Origin: Octopus sinensis
Taxonomy: Eukaryota
Assembly: GCF_006345805.1 (NCBI RefSeq)
Contig: NW_021835549.1
Span: forward strand, 1-39,332
Length of the DNA: 39,332 nucleotides
Reading direction: 5' to 3'
A model generated the notes under the pieces. The model was not told the origin of the DNA. It saw nothing but the letters and a program-made list of their open reading frames with translations, and ran no database searches. The position numbers and the translations under genes were made by a program. Shown here in pieces: positions 26,011 to 39,012 of this stretch. Each line of letters starts with the position of its first letter. The stretch's first letter is position 1.

Positions 26011-26976
26011 TTAAACTCCACCACGTATATAAACACATACCACGTATATAAACACATACCACTGAGCCTACCTCAATGTATGCATAATACCAGTTACCTA
26101 CTGGGGTCAAGTTACTTTACTATTCTCCTCCCCTTCACAAATCGTACATATAATTTATAATTCAAATTTTATAATCCATTTTTATTTCGATTTTGATTGT
26201 GGTTGTTATTGTTCATTTTTATTATCATTATTATTATCGCCTGCATATTAAATTTGCTATTTTTAAATAGAAAACTACTTTAATACCATTACACACTTTT
26301 TTTTAATAAAAAAATCCGTTATTGCTTCAAATCCTAGAGACATAGATATCAAAAAAATCTTACGTTAACATATATAAATACATCTTTGCCTATTTGCCTC
26401 CGTCAGCGGATATGTGCAAGAGACTGTATACACGTGTGTGGGTGTACATGAACGCCTGTCTGTTTCTGCAGTCGCTGAAAATGCTGCATGTTTAAGTATG
26501 GATTGTATGTGAAACAAAATTCGTCTTTTCTTTTTCTTTTTTCCTTAAATGCACTTTTCAGCGTTTATCCTGGTGGAAATTGAATTTGTATATACATTGA
26601 CGAAGCATGTGTGTAAGTATGTATATATCTATGTGCGTATGTACCTATGTATGTTGGTTTGTTATATTTATACATCTGTATAAATTGGAATGTATATATG
26701 TTTGCTTATATAGAAGATGAAAACTATGTATGTATATATGTATATATGTATGTATATATGTATGTATATATGTATGTATGACTATAAGAGTATATATATA
26801 TATATATACGTATGTATGCGTGTAAGTGTGAATAGGAAAGTGCAAGGGTATATAGATGTGCGTGCATATGTGTGTATATAGAAATAAATATTTTTGAATC
26901 TGTAAGTACGTATGTGTGTATATATGTATGTATATGTGTGTGCGTGTCTGTGTTTGTGCATGTGTGTGTAGATAGT

Positions 26977-27250
26977 GCAGGCGCGTGGCTTAGTGGTTGC
27001 AGTATTGGGCTCACGATCATAAAGCCGCGTGTGCGAATCCCAGCTGTGCTTTTATTTTATTTCACGTTACTCCAGTCGGCTCAACTCACAAAGATGAGTA
27101 GTCCTCTATCGTCTATTTCAAACGGCCACCCTTATAACATCCTGTATCATGCTGAATCTCCCTCGGATTTATGTTTAAGGATACACGTGTCTAAGGAGCT
27201 CTCAGCCACTTGCACGTTTATTTCAGGAGCAGGCTGCTCCCTTGATCAGG
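26977..27250 (+). mobile_element. tRNA-derived SINE, family D
   Basis: Head GGCGCGTGGCTTAGTGGTT...GTGCGAATCCCAGC with A/B-box-like motifs; single copy in the window. Confidence 0.65.
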
Positions 27251-27300
27251 TATATTATATATATATATATAATATATATATATATATACATATACAGAGA

Positions 27301-27380
<80 letters not shown>

Positions 27381-27386
<6 letters not shown>

Positions 27387-27584
27387 GCTGTATACTGTCA
27401 ATTTAACGTGACAGTAGGGAATTACCTCACCGCTGTTTAGCCCTAGGAAGCATCGACGCCTCCTGATGGTTTAGACACATTTTTCCTGTGTCGAAGCCAT
27501 CAAGAGGCGTCGATGCTTCCTAGGGCTAAACAGCGGTGGGTAATTCCCTACCGTCACGTTAAATTGACAGTATACAACCATTCT
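27381..27584. repeat. Near-perfect fold-back palindrome, ~98-bp arms, 7-nt loop (27480-27486)
   Basis: The arms differ at 5 substitutions (4 transitions) and 1 indel. Confidence 0.96.
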
Positions 27585-27655
27585 ATCGCCCCACCACCGT
27601 ACCTATCTCTATGAGATATTTAGAAATTTAATATATATATATATATATACATACA

Positions 27656-27687
<32 letters not shown>

Positions 27688-28153
27688 CGTATGTATAGTA
27701 TATGCGTGTATATACATACGTATATGTATGTATACGTATCATATATATGAATATACATATATGCATATGTATAATTGTATATGTGTGAGTTTGTCTGCAT
27801 ATACATTATTCTGCAGAGGTGTGTACAGGTATTACTTCAGTTACTAACCCTCTTATTTTTCTGTATGACTTGATGTTTTTTATCCCCATGAAACTATATA
27901 AAATATTCTTCATTACTAACTATATGTAAACGCTTCATGCAAATGTCAATTTTGTGTGTTTACGTTCCCCGTATCCGGCAAAAAAGAGACCGATAAAATA
28001 AGTATAAGGCTTCCAAAGAATAAGTCCTGGGGTCGATTTGCTCGACTAAAGGCGGTGCTGCAGCATGGCCCCAGTCAAATGACTGAAACAAGTTAAAGAG
28101 TAAAAGAGTACCTGTTAGCAAATGAAACACGTGTAATGGAGAATAAATAATGC

Positions 28154-28210
<57 letters not shown>

Positions 28211-28976
28211 TACACATGGATGTGTGTGTGTTTGTCTGTGTTTGTGTAAAATATAATTAAGATTCAGTAGAATCTTTCTCTTAAATAATTAAGTACACCG
28301 TTATTCGGTTTAAGTTTAATTTCTATCCTTTTCCTATATATTGATTCATAATTCTTTTCGAAATTTAATATAATAAATTTACAAAATTTCGAATTAGTAC
28401 ATCCAGCATCTCTCATTTCTAATTTCAGCCCTTAAAGTTTATTTTTATCTTTTTTGTTTGTCACTATATTCCCCTTTTTAATTTGCTAATCTAAATAAGG
28501 ACAAGCCACCTTCCTTCTGCTAGTTTTCACCTCTTCCCCATAAGTCATTCTCTCACTGGCACTTCTGAGAAGTATGCTTCTATGTAGACAAAGCTAGATA
28601 TATGGACCCGAAAATAGGAGTCTGGGAGGTTGTCTGACATTATTTAATTTATCACCATTAACTGGAATATAGCTGACAACTCGCAATCGATTTAATTCTA
28701 AACGGTTGTAGCGTATATGCTGCATAAAATGTTATAAAAAATAAATAAAAATAGATAACTATCTAACCACTCCTATATCTTACCGCCCACTATTTTCCTC
28801 TACTTCTCTCTAAGTTATAGTAGATTTAAATACATATGCATTATTCTCTAATTTCATTCTGCCACAAATATAACACAGGGAAACAGTGTAATTATTTTGG
28901 TATCTAGTACAGATATAAATTTGCTATTAATGCTAAAAATAGTTTACGTTTTATGTTGGAAACTTTTACGGTCATC

Positions 28977-29063
28977 TGCTTCTGAAGAGAGCGGTTTCTT
29001 TCAAATTGATGTAATGTTTTCATCGATCGATTAAATGGGGCTGCTTGAAACGTACGTAATGCA
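28977..29063 (+). ncRNA. Type I hammerhead-like motif with extended stem II
   Basis: UGCUU-CUGAAGA(28982-88)-GAGCGG...CUGCUU-GAAA(29047-50)-CGUACG-UA-AUGCA. Palindromic ACGUACGU stem III, GUA triplet, internal AUUGAUG/CAUCGAU helix. Confidence 0.68.
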
Positions 29064-29874
29064 TTAATACTTGGACATCCTTATTACATATTTATATACG
29101 TGTGTGGGAGTGTGTGTATGTACATATGTATAAAGGTGTATACATATACATATAGATTTAGATATATATGTATATGTGTGTGTGCGCGTATGAATATATT
29201 CTATACATGTAAATGCTTGTATGCTTAAAGATTGTTTATATAGGTGTGTGTATATCAGCATATCTGCATTTCTTCTTCTGTTATTTAATCTTCTATACGT
29301 ATATTTAATTTTATGTGTATATATACACACACATACTGATATGTATAAATACGTATATTCATATATATATATATAGAGAGAGAGAGAGGGGGGAGAGATA
29401 GATAGATGGATAGATAGATAGATAGATAGATAGATAGGTAGATAGATAGATAGATAGATACATACATACATACATGTGTTTTTCCATAAATGTGTTTGTA
29501 TGTATATATATATTTCTATTTGTATATATATATATATATATATATATAATAAATATATGCACATGTGTGAATGCATATACACATACATATATATATACAC
29601 TTCACATTTACATATACACATACAGACACATATTCATGCATGCATGTACATATGCGTACAAATATACATGCACACAGCCATGCCTAAAGATCATCGAGCT
29701 ATTCTGAAGATCCATACTTCTACACTACCACCGCCGTATACACTACGACCGTGATAATCAGCATCATACTTACAACCATGACCACCACCCTCAAGTAAAC
29801 AACAACTAACTGATGTTTGCTCGCATTAAAATGACACATGCAAACACACACATCATCCCACTCCCTTTCTCTCT

Positions 29875-29911
<37 letters not shown>

Positions 29912-30397
29912 AAAATTACATTTTCTGCTTGTTTATCTTCCGATTACATAAATATCGCGTAAACACCGGAAGTTGAAGACTCATTTCTACAACTCCATTA
30001 ATCTCCATATTTTATTGTTAATGTTACTTGTAATTGTTGTTGTTGCGTTTTTTTTTTTTTATTCTGTTGATCGTGTTATGTTTGTGACATTGTTTGTCTG
30101 GGATTTTTTAGTGTTTTCCCCCGCAATTTTCAGTCTTGTTTTTGTTGTATTTTATCTTATAATTTTTGTATTCTTATTATGTTTGCAAATTTACTTTATT
30201 TTGCACAACGGAAGTAAAATATAAATATGCCGTTGGGAATCATTTGGTGATTTGTCATTCTTGCTGCCATTTCTCAACATCAATTTCTACCTCACACCAT
30301 CCCTATCCATTATTTATTTGTAATCACAATCGAATGACAAAGCTCTAACTGGTTGCTTCACTTGCGAGATATAACAACCAAAATTCAGTTTAGTTAT

Positions 30398-30447
<50 letters not shown>

Positions 30448-30473
30448 TTATATGCATATAAATATATTTTTAT

Positions 30474-30650
30474 ATGAAAAAACAAGTCAAAATAGAAAAT
30501 GCTAAAATAATTTTATAAAGAACATTTCAGTTAAATAATTAAGTTTAGAAAAATTAAAAGAAAAGTTTTTTTAAAGGAATATTTGTATAGTGTACAAATA
30601 TAAGTGGCATTCTGCCTTTCTCTGTCTCCTTGTTTGCACTTGTGTGTTCG
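30474..30650. repeat. Dispersed repeat, paralogue of 38727-38948 with an internal deletion
   Basis: Shared AAGTCAA(A/G)AT(A/G)GAAAATG(C/T)TAAAATAATTTTATAAA, GAAAAATTAAAAGAAAAGTTTTT, AAGTGGCATT and CTTGTGTGTTCG blocks. Confidence 0.85.
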
Positions 30651-30671
30651 AGGCCGTATATATATATACGC

Positions 30672-30795
<124 letters not shown>

Positions 30796-31769
30796 TACAT
30801 ACATATGTATATATATAATGTACTATTATATTATACATACATATATATACATATATATATACAGCCACACACACACCCATATATATATAATATATTATAT
30901 TGTTGCGTTGACGTGACAAGAATTTATAAAATTTGAGAGAACATGGAATACTTTTTATTTGCATACATACAGACATGCATATATATACATACATACATAC
31001 ATACATTCATACATGTATGCATATATATGTGCGTTCGTGTGTGTGTGCGTGTGTGTGCGTGTGTGTGTGTGTGTGTGTGTAGTGTGTATGTGTGTGTGTT
31101 TCTGTGCGTGTGTGTGCGTGCGTATATGTGTAAATTCGGAACATTGGACATTGCAATCGTTTGTAAGAATTTTGTAGGCCGATTTGATTACATAGCCGGA
31201 AAATCTTTCATCATAGCTGGTTCGATCATAAGACGTATGGCAGTAACAAATCATAGCCAATAACGGCAATTTTAAATAGCTTGACAACAACAACACTAAG
31301 AGCAACAACAAAATTTACACTAAATTAATAACGAAAAAAGTGGCGTATAAATGACAGCAATTACGACATATCCGCTGGACGGGCGCCAATCCGTTGTAGA
31401 ATTATTCCTTTAAAATTAGGTGAACTGGAACAACGTGACACAAAGCGCTTTTTGCAGAAGAGTACAACGTAACACTTTATCCTGAATTCTAAATCATGAT
31501 CACAAGATTCTCACCGTGACACCGCAACCACTAAACCACGCGAATTCACAGACCATCGACAAAATTAACAAAAGAAATAATTCAACAATTCAAATAAGAA
31601 ATAATAATATAATAACGACAAATATACCAACAATATTTCTGACAAAAAAAATTGTAAAATTAACACATCTTCAGACCAAACAACGAGCATATTTTTACGT
31701 GACCGCTGAATCTGCTGGAAACAAGAAATTATATTCTGCCAAATCTGTCTTTAGTCTATTAAATAAATG

Positions 31770-31898
31770 CGTGATACATCGAAACTGATACTCCTTGATA
31801 CAATGACAGTGAAAACAAAACCAAAGTGGTTACAATTTGGAAGTTGTCTTCCTGGCCAGGTCTGGGACATGGGCAGCAAAAAAACACAAACAATAATG

Positions 31899-31978
<80 letters not shown>

Positions 31979-32251
31979 CCCCAAATGGCAGAAATTAAAA
32001 AGATAGTGCTCATGCGAGCTGCCCATATCCCACGCAAGATACTTTCTATGTAAGCTCAGTTTTAAAACAAACATAATTTTCTTATTTTTTCTTAAACATT
32101 CTCTAGAACAACACTATGTACGAAACGAAATATATGGCATCGTACAAATAACATCAACATGAACTTCCAACTGGTTCTCTCTTGAGATCTTTGGTTGAGA
32201 CATGGAACCAACTTGTGCAAATGTAAAGCAAAAGTCAAACATATAATAATC

Positions 32252-32297
<46 letters not shown>

Positions 32298-32329
32298 TAA
32301 TAATAATTATGATAATAATAATAATAATG

Positions 32330-32402
<73 letters not shown>

Positions 32403-32631
32403 GACAATTACATAACAAAAACACCAGGACTTACAAACACATATAGCATACAGAAAATTGCACTACTAGGCACTGCACACATCCTACGCAGAACACTTTC
32501 CATACAATAACCATCAGAGCATCACAACAAATCACAGCACATACCCAAGGCACACAGAGCTGCGCTCGGTAGTGAAGTGAAAGCACGCTATAAAAATAAA
32601 ACTACTGATTAATAATAATAATAATAATAAT
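31770..32631 (+). mobile_element. Stack of R4/Dong-like (RLE) non-LTR retrotransposon 3' ends separated by (TAA)n
   Basis: 31978-32053 reads PQMAEIKKIVLMRAAHIPRKILSM*; 32403-32510 reads DNYITKTPGLTNTYSIQKIALLGTAHILRRTLSIQ*. Each is followed by a 3' UTR and (TAA)n. A probable third UTR-only piece lies at ~31770-31893. Confidence 0.75.
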
Positions 32632-33231
32632 GCTAGAAGAGCGATTCTGTCGCAAATTGCTCGACCAATGAAAGCGATTAATTCTATAAAAAATACATGT
32701 TCCTAAAACTAACCTAAAACAAAGTTTTCGTTATTTGAACAGTAAGTGGGCATGAGGGAAGGAGTTAAATTAGTAAACGCCAAAAAATATCTCCAGCATC
32801 CCGAGCTATACCTCGGTCTCCGAACTGGAAGACATTACTGCCATTTCAAGTAAATTCTATGACTGCATAGATGCATATTCATTGAATCACCACAGCTTCT
32901 TTTGGTTTTGTATTTGGTATTCTCATTCTTGTTGTGGGATTGCTATTCTCCTCGTCGTCGTCGTTGTCGTCGTTGGTGTTGTTCTTGTCCTCGCCGTTAC
33001 TGGCAAGTTATTTGTATTGTTTTGATAGGCTGTGAGCAGGCAGAATCAGTTATCATCTGTGACGTGGTTTTATAATTGTGTCATGAGAAGACAAAGAAGT
33101 AATTGAATATATCATAGTGAATGCTCGTGACCTAGTGGTTAGTATACTGAACCTGGAACCGTGTGGCTGGGAAGCAAGCTACATTTCACACAGCCACTCC
33201 TGCGCCTATCATGTATACATACTTACATACA

Positions 33232-33279
<48 letters not shown>

Positions 33280-33382
33280 ATATATTGGAAGGTTTGGAGA
33301 TGGTGTACAAGTATATATATATATATTATATAATATATATATATATAATATATATATAATCTATATATAATATATATATATA

Positions 33383-33477
33383 TAAAAGCAAATAAATGGC
33401 ACAACGATGTACCGATATTTACTGGAAAATAGCGAACGTAAATATCGGTACTTCGTTGTGCCATTTATTTGCTTTTA
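33383..33477. repeat. Near-perfect hairpin, 40-bp arms (1 mismatch), 15-nt loop
   Basis: TAAAAGCAAATAAATGGCACAACGATGTACCGATATTTAC / GTAAATATCGGTACTTCGTTGTGCCATTTATTTGCTTTTA. Confidence 0.96.
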
Positions 33478-33538
33478 TGTATAATTTTCCCTCACGGGCT
33501 ATTCTTTACTGGAAAGCAATACTCTCGTATTGTATTAC

Positions 33539-33569
<31 letters not shown>

Positions 33570-33811
33570 TATATGCATGTATGTATTTACGTGTGTATGT
33601 ATTATATATCTATGTATGTTTGTATGTATGTATACCTGTATAGATAAGTGAACATTTGTATAACCATTTAGAATACACAACAATAGAAACACCGAAAATG
33701 TGATGAAGCCATAAGATAGATCTTCATAGATGAGGCTGTATAAAGTTTCAATAAGGAGATAAAATTCAGAAAGGAGCGCACTTCTACTACCACTACTACC
33801 ACTACTACTTT

Positions 33812-33854
<43 letters not shown>

Positions 33855-36598
33855 GATAATAATAGTAACAATAATAATAGATTAATGACAACAATACCAA
33901 TAATAATAATATCAAAAATGATTTTAAAAAAACAGAAAGTAAAAAAATAATAAAATACAGGAGAGACCCATTAAAAAGGGAATATGAAGTAATAATATGA
34001 TAGTGAGATTATAAGATTAGAGACCGGATTGAAAGGGAGAATGAAATAACAAACAATGAACGATAGTCACTAAGCTAAAAATATATCAGTGGCTTTTCGG
34101 ATTAAAATATCCTTTACATCCGGTATTTAAATGATATAGGAATTTAAAGAATGATTTTACACCACACACACAGACACACACATACGTATATGTGTGTGTA
34201 TGTGTGTGTGAGTGTATATATGTAATGTACATATACAAGTATAATATATATTCTATATATATATATGTATATTTGAAATATATATATATATATATTACAA
34301 AAATATATATATATATTATATATATATATATATATGTATGCATGTGTGTATATATATATATGCATATATGTAAATATATATGTATATATATATATATATA
34401 TATATAATATACATATATATGTATACATACACATATATATATACATATTTATACATATGTGTGTGTGTTTGTGTGTCTGCGAGTGTATGTGTGTATCAAT
34501 TCCATAAAATACCTCAGTCACGTGCCCGGTATATAGTTTGATAATTTACTACTAGCGAAATGTAAAAGGCGGAAGCCAAACGCAGACGTCCTATTCAGGG
34601 AACTGAAATAGCCAGAAAAAAATAATATATAGTGAGATTAATAAATAGATGTGAGATTATCAGACTGGAAGTGACATAGATGAATAGAGCATTGGGAAAT
34701 AAGCAATCATGTGATCTGACACGGAAATGTAATGTGACCGGGACAATGTGGTCTCGCTCATGATAACAGTGTGAGGAAGGGAAAGGATGCAGGTAGTATG
34801 GACCGCACAAAAGTGACAATTTGAAATATATGTGATAGGATAAGAGAATAAATAGATAGTAAGCGAATAATCGAGAGGTTATATGTCTATGTGGTCTGGT
34901 TTAAAATTTCAGCGGCTGGTGACGGCGGGAAGATGTTAGGAAGTGAAGAGCATTATGAGAAGGAACTACATGTGTGTGTGTGTGTGTGTGTGTGCGTGTG
35001 TGTGTGTGTGTATTTGTGTAGTTTGTGTTGTGTGTGTATGTATGTGCGTGAGTGTGTGTGTGTGTATTTGTGTGTGTGTGCGTGTGTATTTGTGTATGTG
35101 TGTGTGTGTGTTGTGTGTGTGTATGCGTGTGTGTTGTGTGTGTATTTGTGTGTGTGGGCGTGCGTGTGTCTGTGTTTGTTCCCCACCATACCTCTTGGTG
35201 TGTTTATGTCTCGTCAATAAAGAGGTCGGCAAAAGAGACGGATTGAATAATTACCATGCTTTCAATAGATACTGGGGGCGATTTATTCATGGGACTAAAA
35301 AGTCCTTCAAGGCAGTGCTCCAGGATGGCTGCGGTCTAATGACTGAAACATAGAAAGGATAAATAATAATGAAAGATATTTACAATTCAAATGGCCATCG
35401 TTTCTTATCACCATAACAGTTACTTCTTTATAACAGTCAATTTTCTCCTCAGAATTCTTTATATATTTTCAATACTACAATACGTTCAATACTACTATAC
35501 GTACAATACGTTTTAACCGCTATATTTAATTAAGGGCAATCAATACGACAAAGGAATGATACGAAGCGTGACACCACATATGTGACTATCTATTTTGCGA
35601 ATAAAAATGTCCTGGTTTATGTTTGAATAGCCTTGTATCTTTTACTTGTTTCACTCATTAGACGTAGACTGCTGCCATACTTGAATAGTGCCTGGAGAAA
35701 TGTTTAGTCGAATGAATCAACTGCAATACTTATTTCTGTTAAGTCAAATGCTTATTCTTCAGTCTATTTTGCCAAAGCACTATGTTAAGGGACGTAAATA
35801 CACCAACACCAGTTGTCAAGCGGTGCTGGGGACAATTACAGACGCAAAGCCCCCCCCCCCCACACACACACACATACACTCACAAACACACACACGCACA
35901 TGCACAAAAACCCATCGCAAGGTTTTCGGCTGGCCTGATGCTATAGTACAAGACACTAACATAAGGTGCCACGCAGTGGTACAGAATTTGTGAACCATGT
36001 GATTTTGAAGCAAGCTTCATACTACACAGCCACGTCTGCGACTATGTGTAAATTATCATGTTTAAATAATGGGTAAATATCTAAGCTGAACTCCATTATG
36101 GTAGGGTATAGTGTCCTTCATAATTTAAGAGACACCAATCACTAGAAACGAAATATTGTCCTTGTTTCTTGCAAGTCTTCTATCAACTAGAATATGACTG
36201 ACTGCCTGGAAATATGCAATGGGAGTAGCGGTTGGTGTAATACATCAGGTGATGTATGTAGGAGAATAAACTGGTATGTAGCAAACGATGATATGGTTTG
36301 TGCCTGTGAATATAACCTTACAGTACTGTAGTTTGGTGTGGGATATTAGAACTGTTGTATGTTGTGGTGTATATTATACACAAGAATTTTGCTTCCCAAC
36401 CGGATGGATCTAGGGACAGTGGCACCTTCGATTGGTATATATTTATTGTGTGTGTGTGCATATATATATTTATATATATATATATATATATATATTTATA
36501 ATAGGATTAGCTCGTATACGAGTAGGTTATATTTGTAAAAAAATGAAGTTCGAAAATGCTGCTGTATTATACAATTTTTAATTTTTATATATACATTA

Positions 36599-36632
36599 TA
36601 CATGTTTCAGTTCCTGAAATGAACCTTATCAA
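36599..36632 (-). ncRNA. Hammerhead-like motif (UUGAUAA core) in the left palindrome arm
   Basis: Minus strand: UUGAUAA-GGUUC-AUUUCAG-GAACU-GAAA-CAUG-UA. Stem I is weak. Confidence 0.5.
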
Positions 36633-37230
36633 AAAAAGTTATATATAAAAAGAGACAGCTCATGCCGTCAAACACAAGAAATTCATTTAATAATACACAA
36701 CGGAGTCAGACATCTTAGAGTTCATGTATAGTTGATATATAGTTCATGTATAGTTGATATATAGTTTGAAGTATATGTTCAAAGTGTTCGATGCAGTGGC
36801 CCACGGTGGCGATACGTATTCAATACAAAAACAGATCAAAGTGGTGGAAGGCGGTCAATACAGAAGATTGATGTTTCCGAAAGAGCGAGGAATTCATTTT
36901 TACCTTAAGCATTGTGATGACCCATGGTGGAAGTTCCACCATGGGTCATCACAATTGCTTAAGGTAAAAATGAATTCCTCGCTCTTTCGGAAACATCAAT
37001 CTTCTGTATTGACCGCTTCCACCACTTTGATCTGTTTTTTGTATTGAATACGTATCGCCACCGTGGGCCACTGCATCGAACACTTTGAACATATACTTCA
37101 AAACTATATATCAACTATACATGAACTATATATCAACTATACATGACTCTAAGATGTCTGACTCCGTTGTGTATTATAAATGATTTCTTGTGTTTGACGG
37201 CATGAGCTGTCTCTTTTATATATAACTTTT

Positions 37231-37268
37231 TTGATAAGGTTCATTTCAGGAACTGAAACATGTTATAA
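37231..37268 (+). ncRNA. Hammerhead-like motif (UUGAUAA core) in the right palindrome arm
   Basis: UUGAUAA(37231-37)-GGUUC/GAACU-GAAA(37255-58)-CAUG-UU. Palindromic ACAUGU stem III; stem I is weak. Confidence 0.5.
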
Positions 37269-37348
37269 TGTATATATAAAAATTAAAAATTGTATAATAC
37301 AGCAGCATTTTCGAACTTCATTTTTACAAATATATATAATATATATAG

Positions 37349-37407
<59 letters not shown>

Positions 37408-37607
37408 AATATAATCTAAATAATATATAAAATGTACATACCTACATATATATGTATATATACATGCATATTTGGGTACAGTGCATCAAAAGACGTTGAA
37501 CACAATGAGAAACGAAACATAAATACAAAAACATAGAAACGAACTTTGTTTTGAACAACGAAAAAATCAAACAGAGAAACGAAACATAAATGTGTGTGTG
37601 TGTATAA

Positions 37608-37641
<34 letters not shown>

Positions 37642-37700
37642 ATAAATAAATATATATATGTGTGTGTGTCTGTGTGTGGGTGTGTATGTGTGTGTGTAAG

Positions 37701-37761
<61 letters not shown>

Positions 37762-38436
37762 TGTATGTATATGTGTGTAAGTACAGTTAGATCCTAGGAT
37801 GAAACAATAGTAAGTTAGTCGAGCAGTCCGTAGAAGGTATAGAAAGCAAATTTCAGACACAATATTGGTTTGTTGACGTAAAAGATAGTAAATGCTTCCC
37901 GTATGGAAGTTCGATAATCTGAAAAGATTGTTTTACAACTTGTAGTTACCAGCAGAGTTTGCAGCAAGATTATTAGCAGCAAGATTATTATCCAAACCAT
38001 TACCCTTCGTTTGGATAAACACTTCTCCAGAGCTTTTGCTAGCTATGAAACATGTGTAGCCTAGATTTTATCTACTACATTTCCTAATATGCAAAACATT
38101 CAAACACTAAGATTTGAAATAAGATGTAACTACTGTTCATATCAGCTGTGGATAAAGTATAAAATTGATGGTATCAACAGCAGTAACATAGGTGGATCGC
38201 AGGCAAAATAGCATTATATAGCTATGAATTATAAATTTGCATGAAGTTTACACCTGTTAGAAATTTTAAACTTTAGCCACAGATGATATTAACAGTAGAG
38301 ACATCTTGTTTCAAATCTCTGAGTTTGAATGTTTTGCTTATAATCTTTCTGCACCATGTGCTCAGTTTTTGGCGCAAATCAAAAGCAGTTGCACAGTCGG
38401 AGTTTAACGTGACGGTCGTGAATTCTTGCTAGGTGG

Positions 38437-38495
38437 TTCACACTGAAGAGGCTGAAGGATTAAATATCCAAAAGCCGAAAGCCGGGCTATATGGA
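38437..38495 (+). ncRNA. Type I hammerhead ribozyme candidate with canonical core
   Basis: UUCACA-CUGAAGA(38443-49)-GGCU[GAA GGAU UAAAU AUCC AAA]AGCC-GAAA(38477-80)-GCCGGGC-UA(38488-89)-UAUGGA. Stem I has 5 of 6 pairs; predicted cleavage after A38489. Confidence 0.75.
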
Positions 38496-38655
38496 TGTTC
38501 TAAACTGCATAATATTTTATTTTGTGGCAGTACGGTGGATTAATTTAAGACTCAGACTTTGGCTCTTATTTCTAGCAGGAGTGTACTTTTTAAGCATCAT
38601 TACGCTTCGTGCAAATTTATATCTATGTGTGTGTGTATGATATATGATATATGAT

Positions 38656-38726
<71 letters not shown>

Positions 38727-38730
<4 letters not shown>

Positions 38731-38948
38731 AAAAAGTCAAGATGGAAAATGTTAAAATAATTTTATAAAAAACAATTAAGTACCTGTTTCAGTCGTTGAG
38801 ACTTTTTCAACTGTAAGTATGGAAAACAATTACATTTCGGAAAAATTAAAAGAAAAGTTTTTTAAGACTATTTGTCATAGTATTCAAATACAAGTGGCAT
38901 TTTCCTGTTTCTGCCTGTCTGTCTTTCTCGTTTACTCTTGTGTGTTCG
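38727..38948. repeat. Dispersed repeat (PLE-terminus-like) containing a hammerhead-like motif
   Basis: Paralogue of 30474-30650; inserted in (TA)n. Confidence 0.8.
38778..38813 (-). ncRNA. Minimal hammerhead-like motif (UUGAAAA core)
   Basis: Minus strand: CAG-UUGAAAA-AGUC-UCAAC-GACU-GAAA-CAGG-UA-CUU. Perfect 4-bp stem II, GUA triplet, short stem I. Confidence 0.55.
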
Positions 38949-38973
38949 ATTTTGTTTCCCGTCATATATATAT

Positions 38974-39007
<34 letters not shown>

Positions 39008-39012
39008 GTAGT

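Larger units (their letters stand above)
36528..37334. repeat. 807-bp palindrome, ~400-bp arms, 1-nt loop (G36933)
   Basis: Centre CCCATGGTGGAA-G-TTCCACCATGGG. Manual arm alignment gives 11 short run-length indels and no substitutions. Confidence 0.97.

Noticed and set aside
34538-34566. UUGAUAA...GAAAUGUA
   Set aside because: There is no credible stem II or stem I.
36754-37047. 97-aa ORF across the palindrome centre
   Set aside because: There is no recognisable homology, and its frame depends on probable homopolymer errors.
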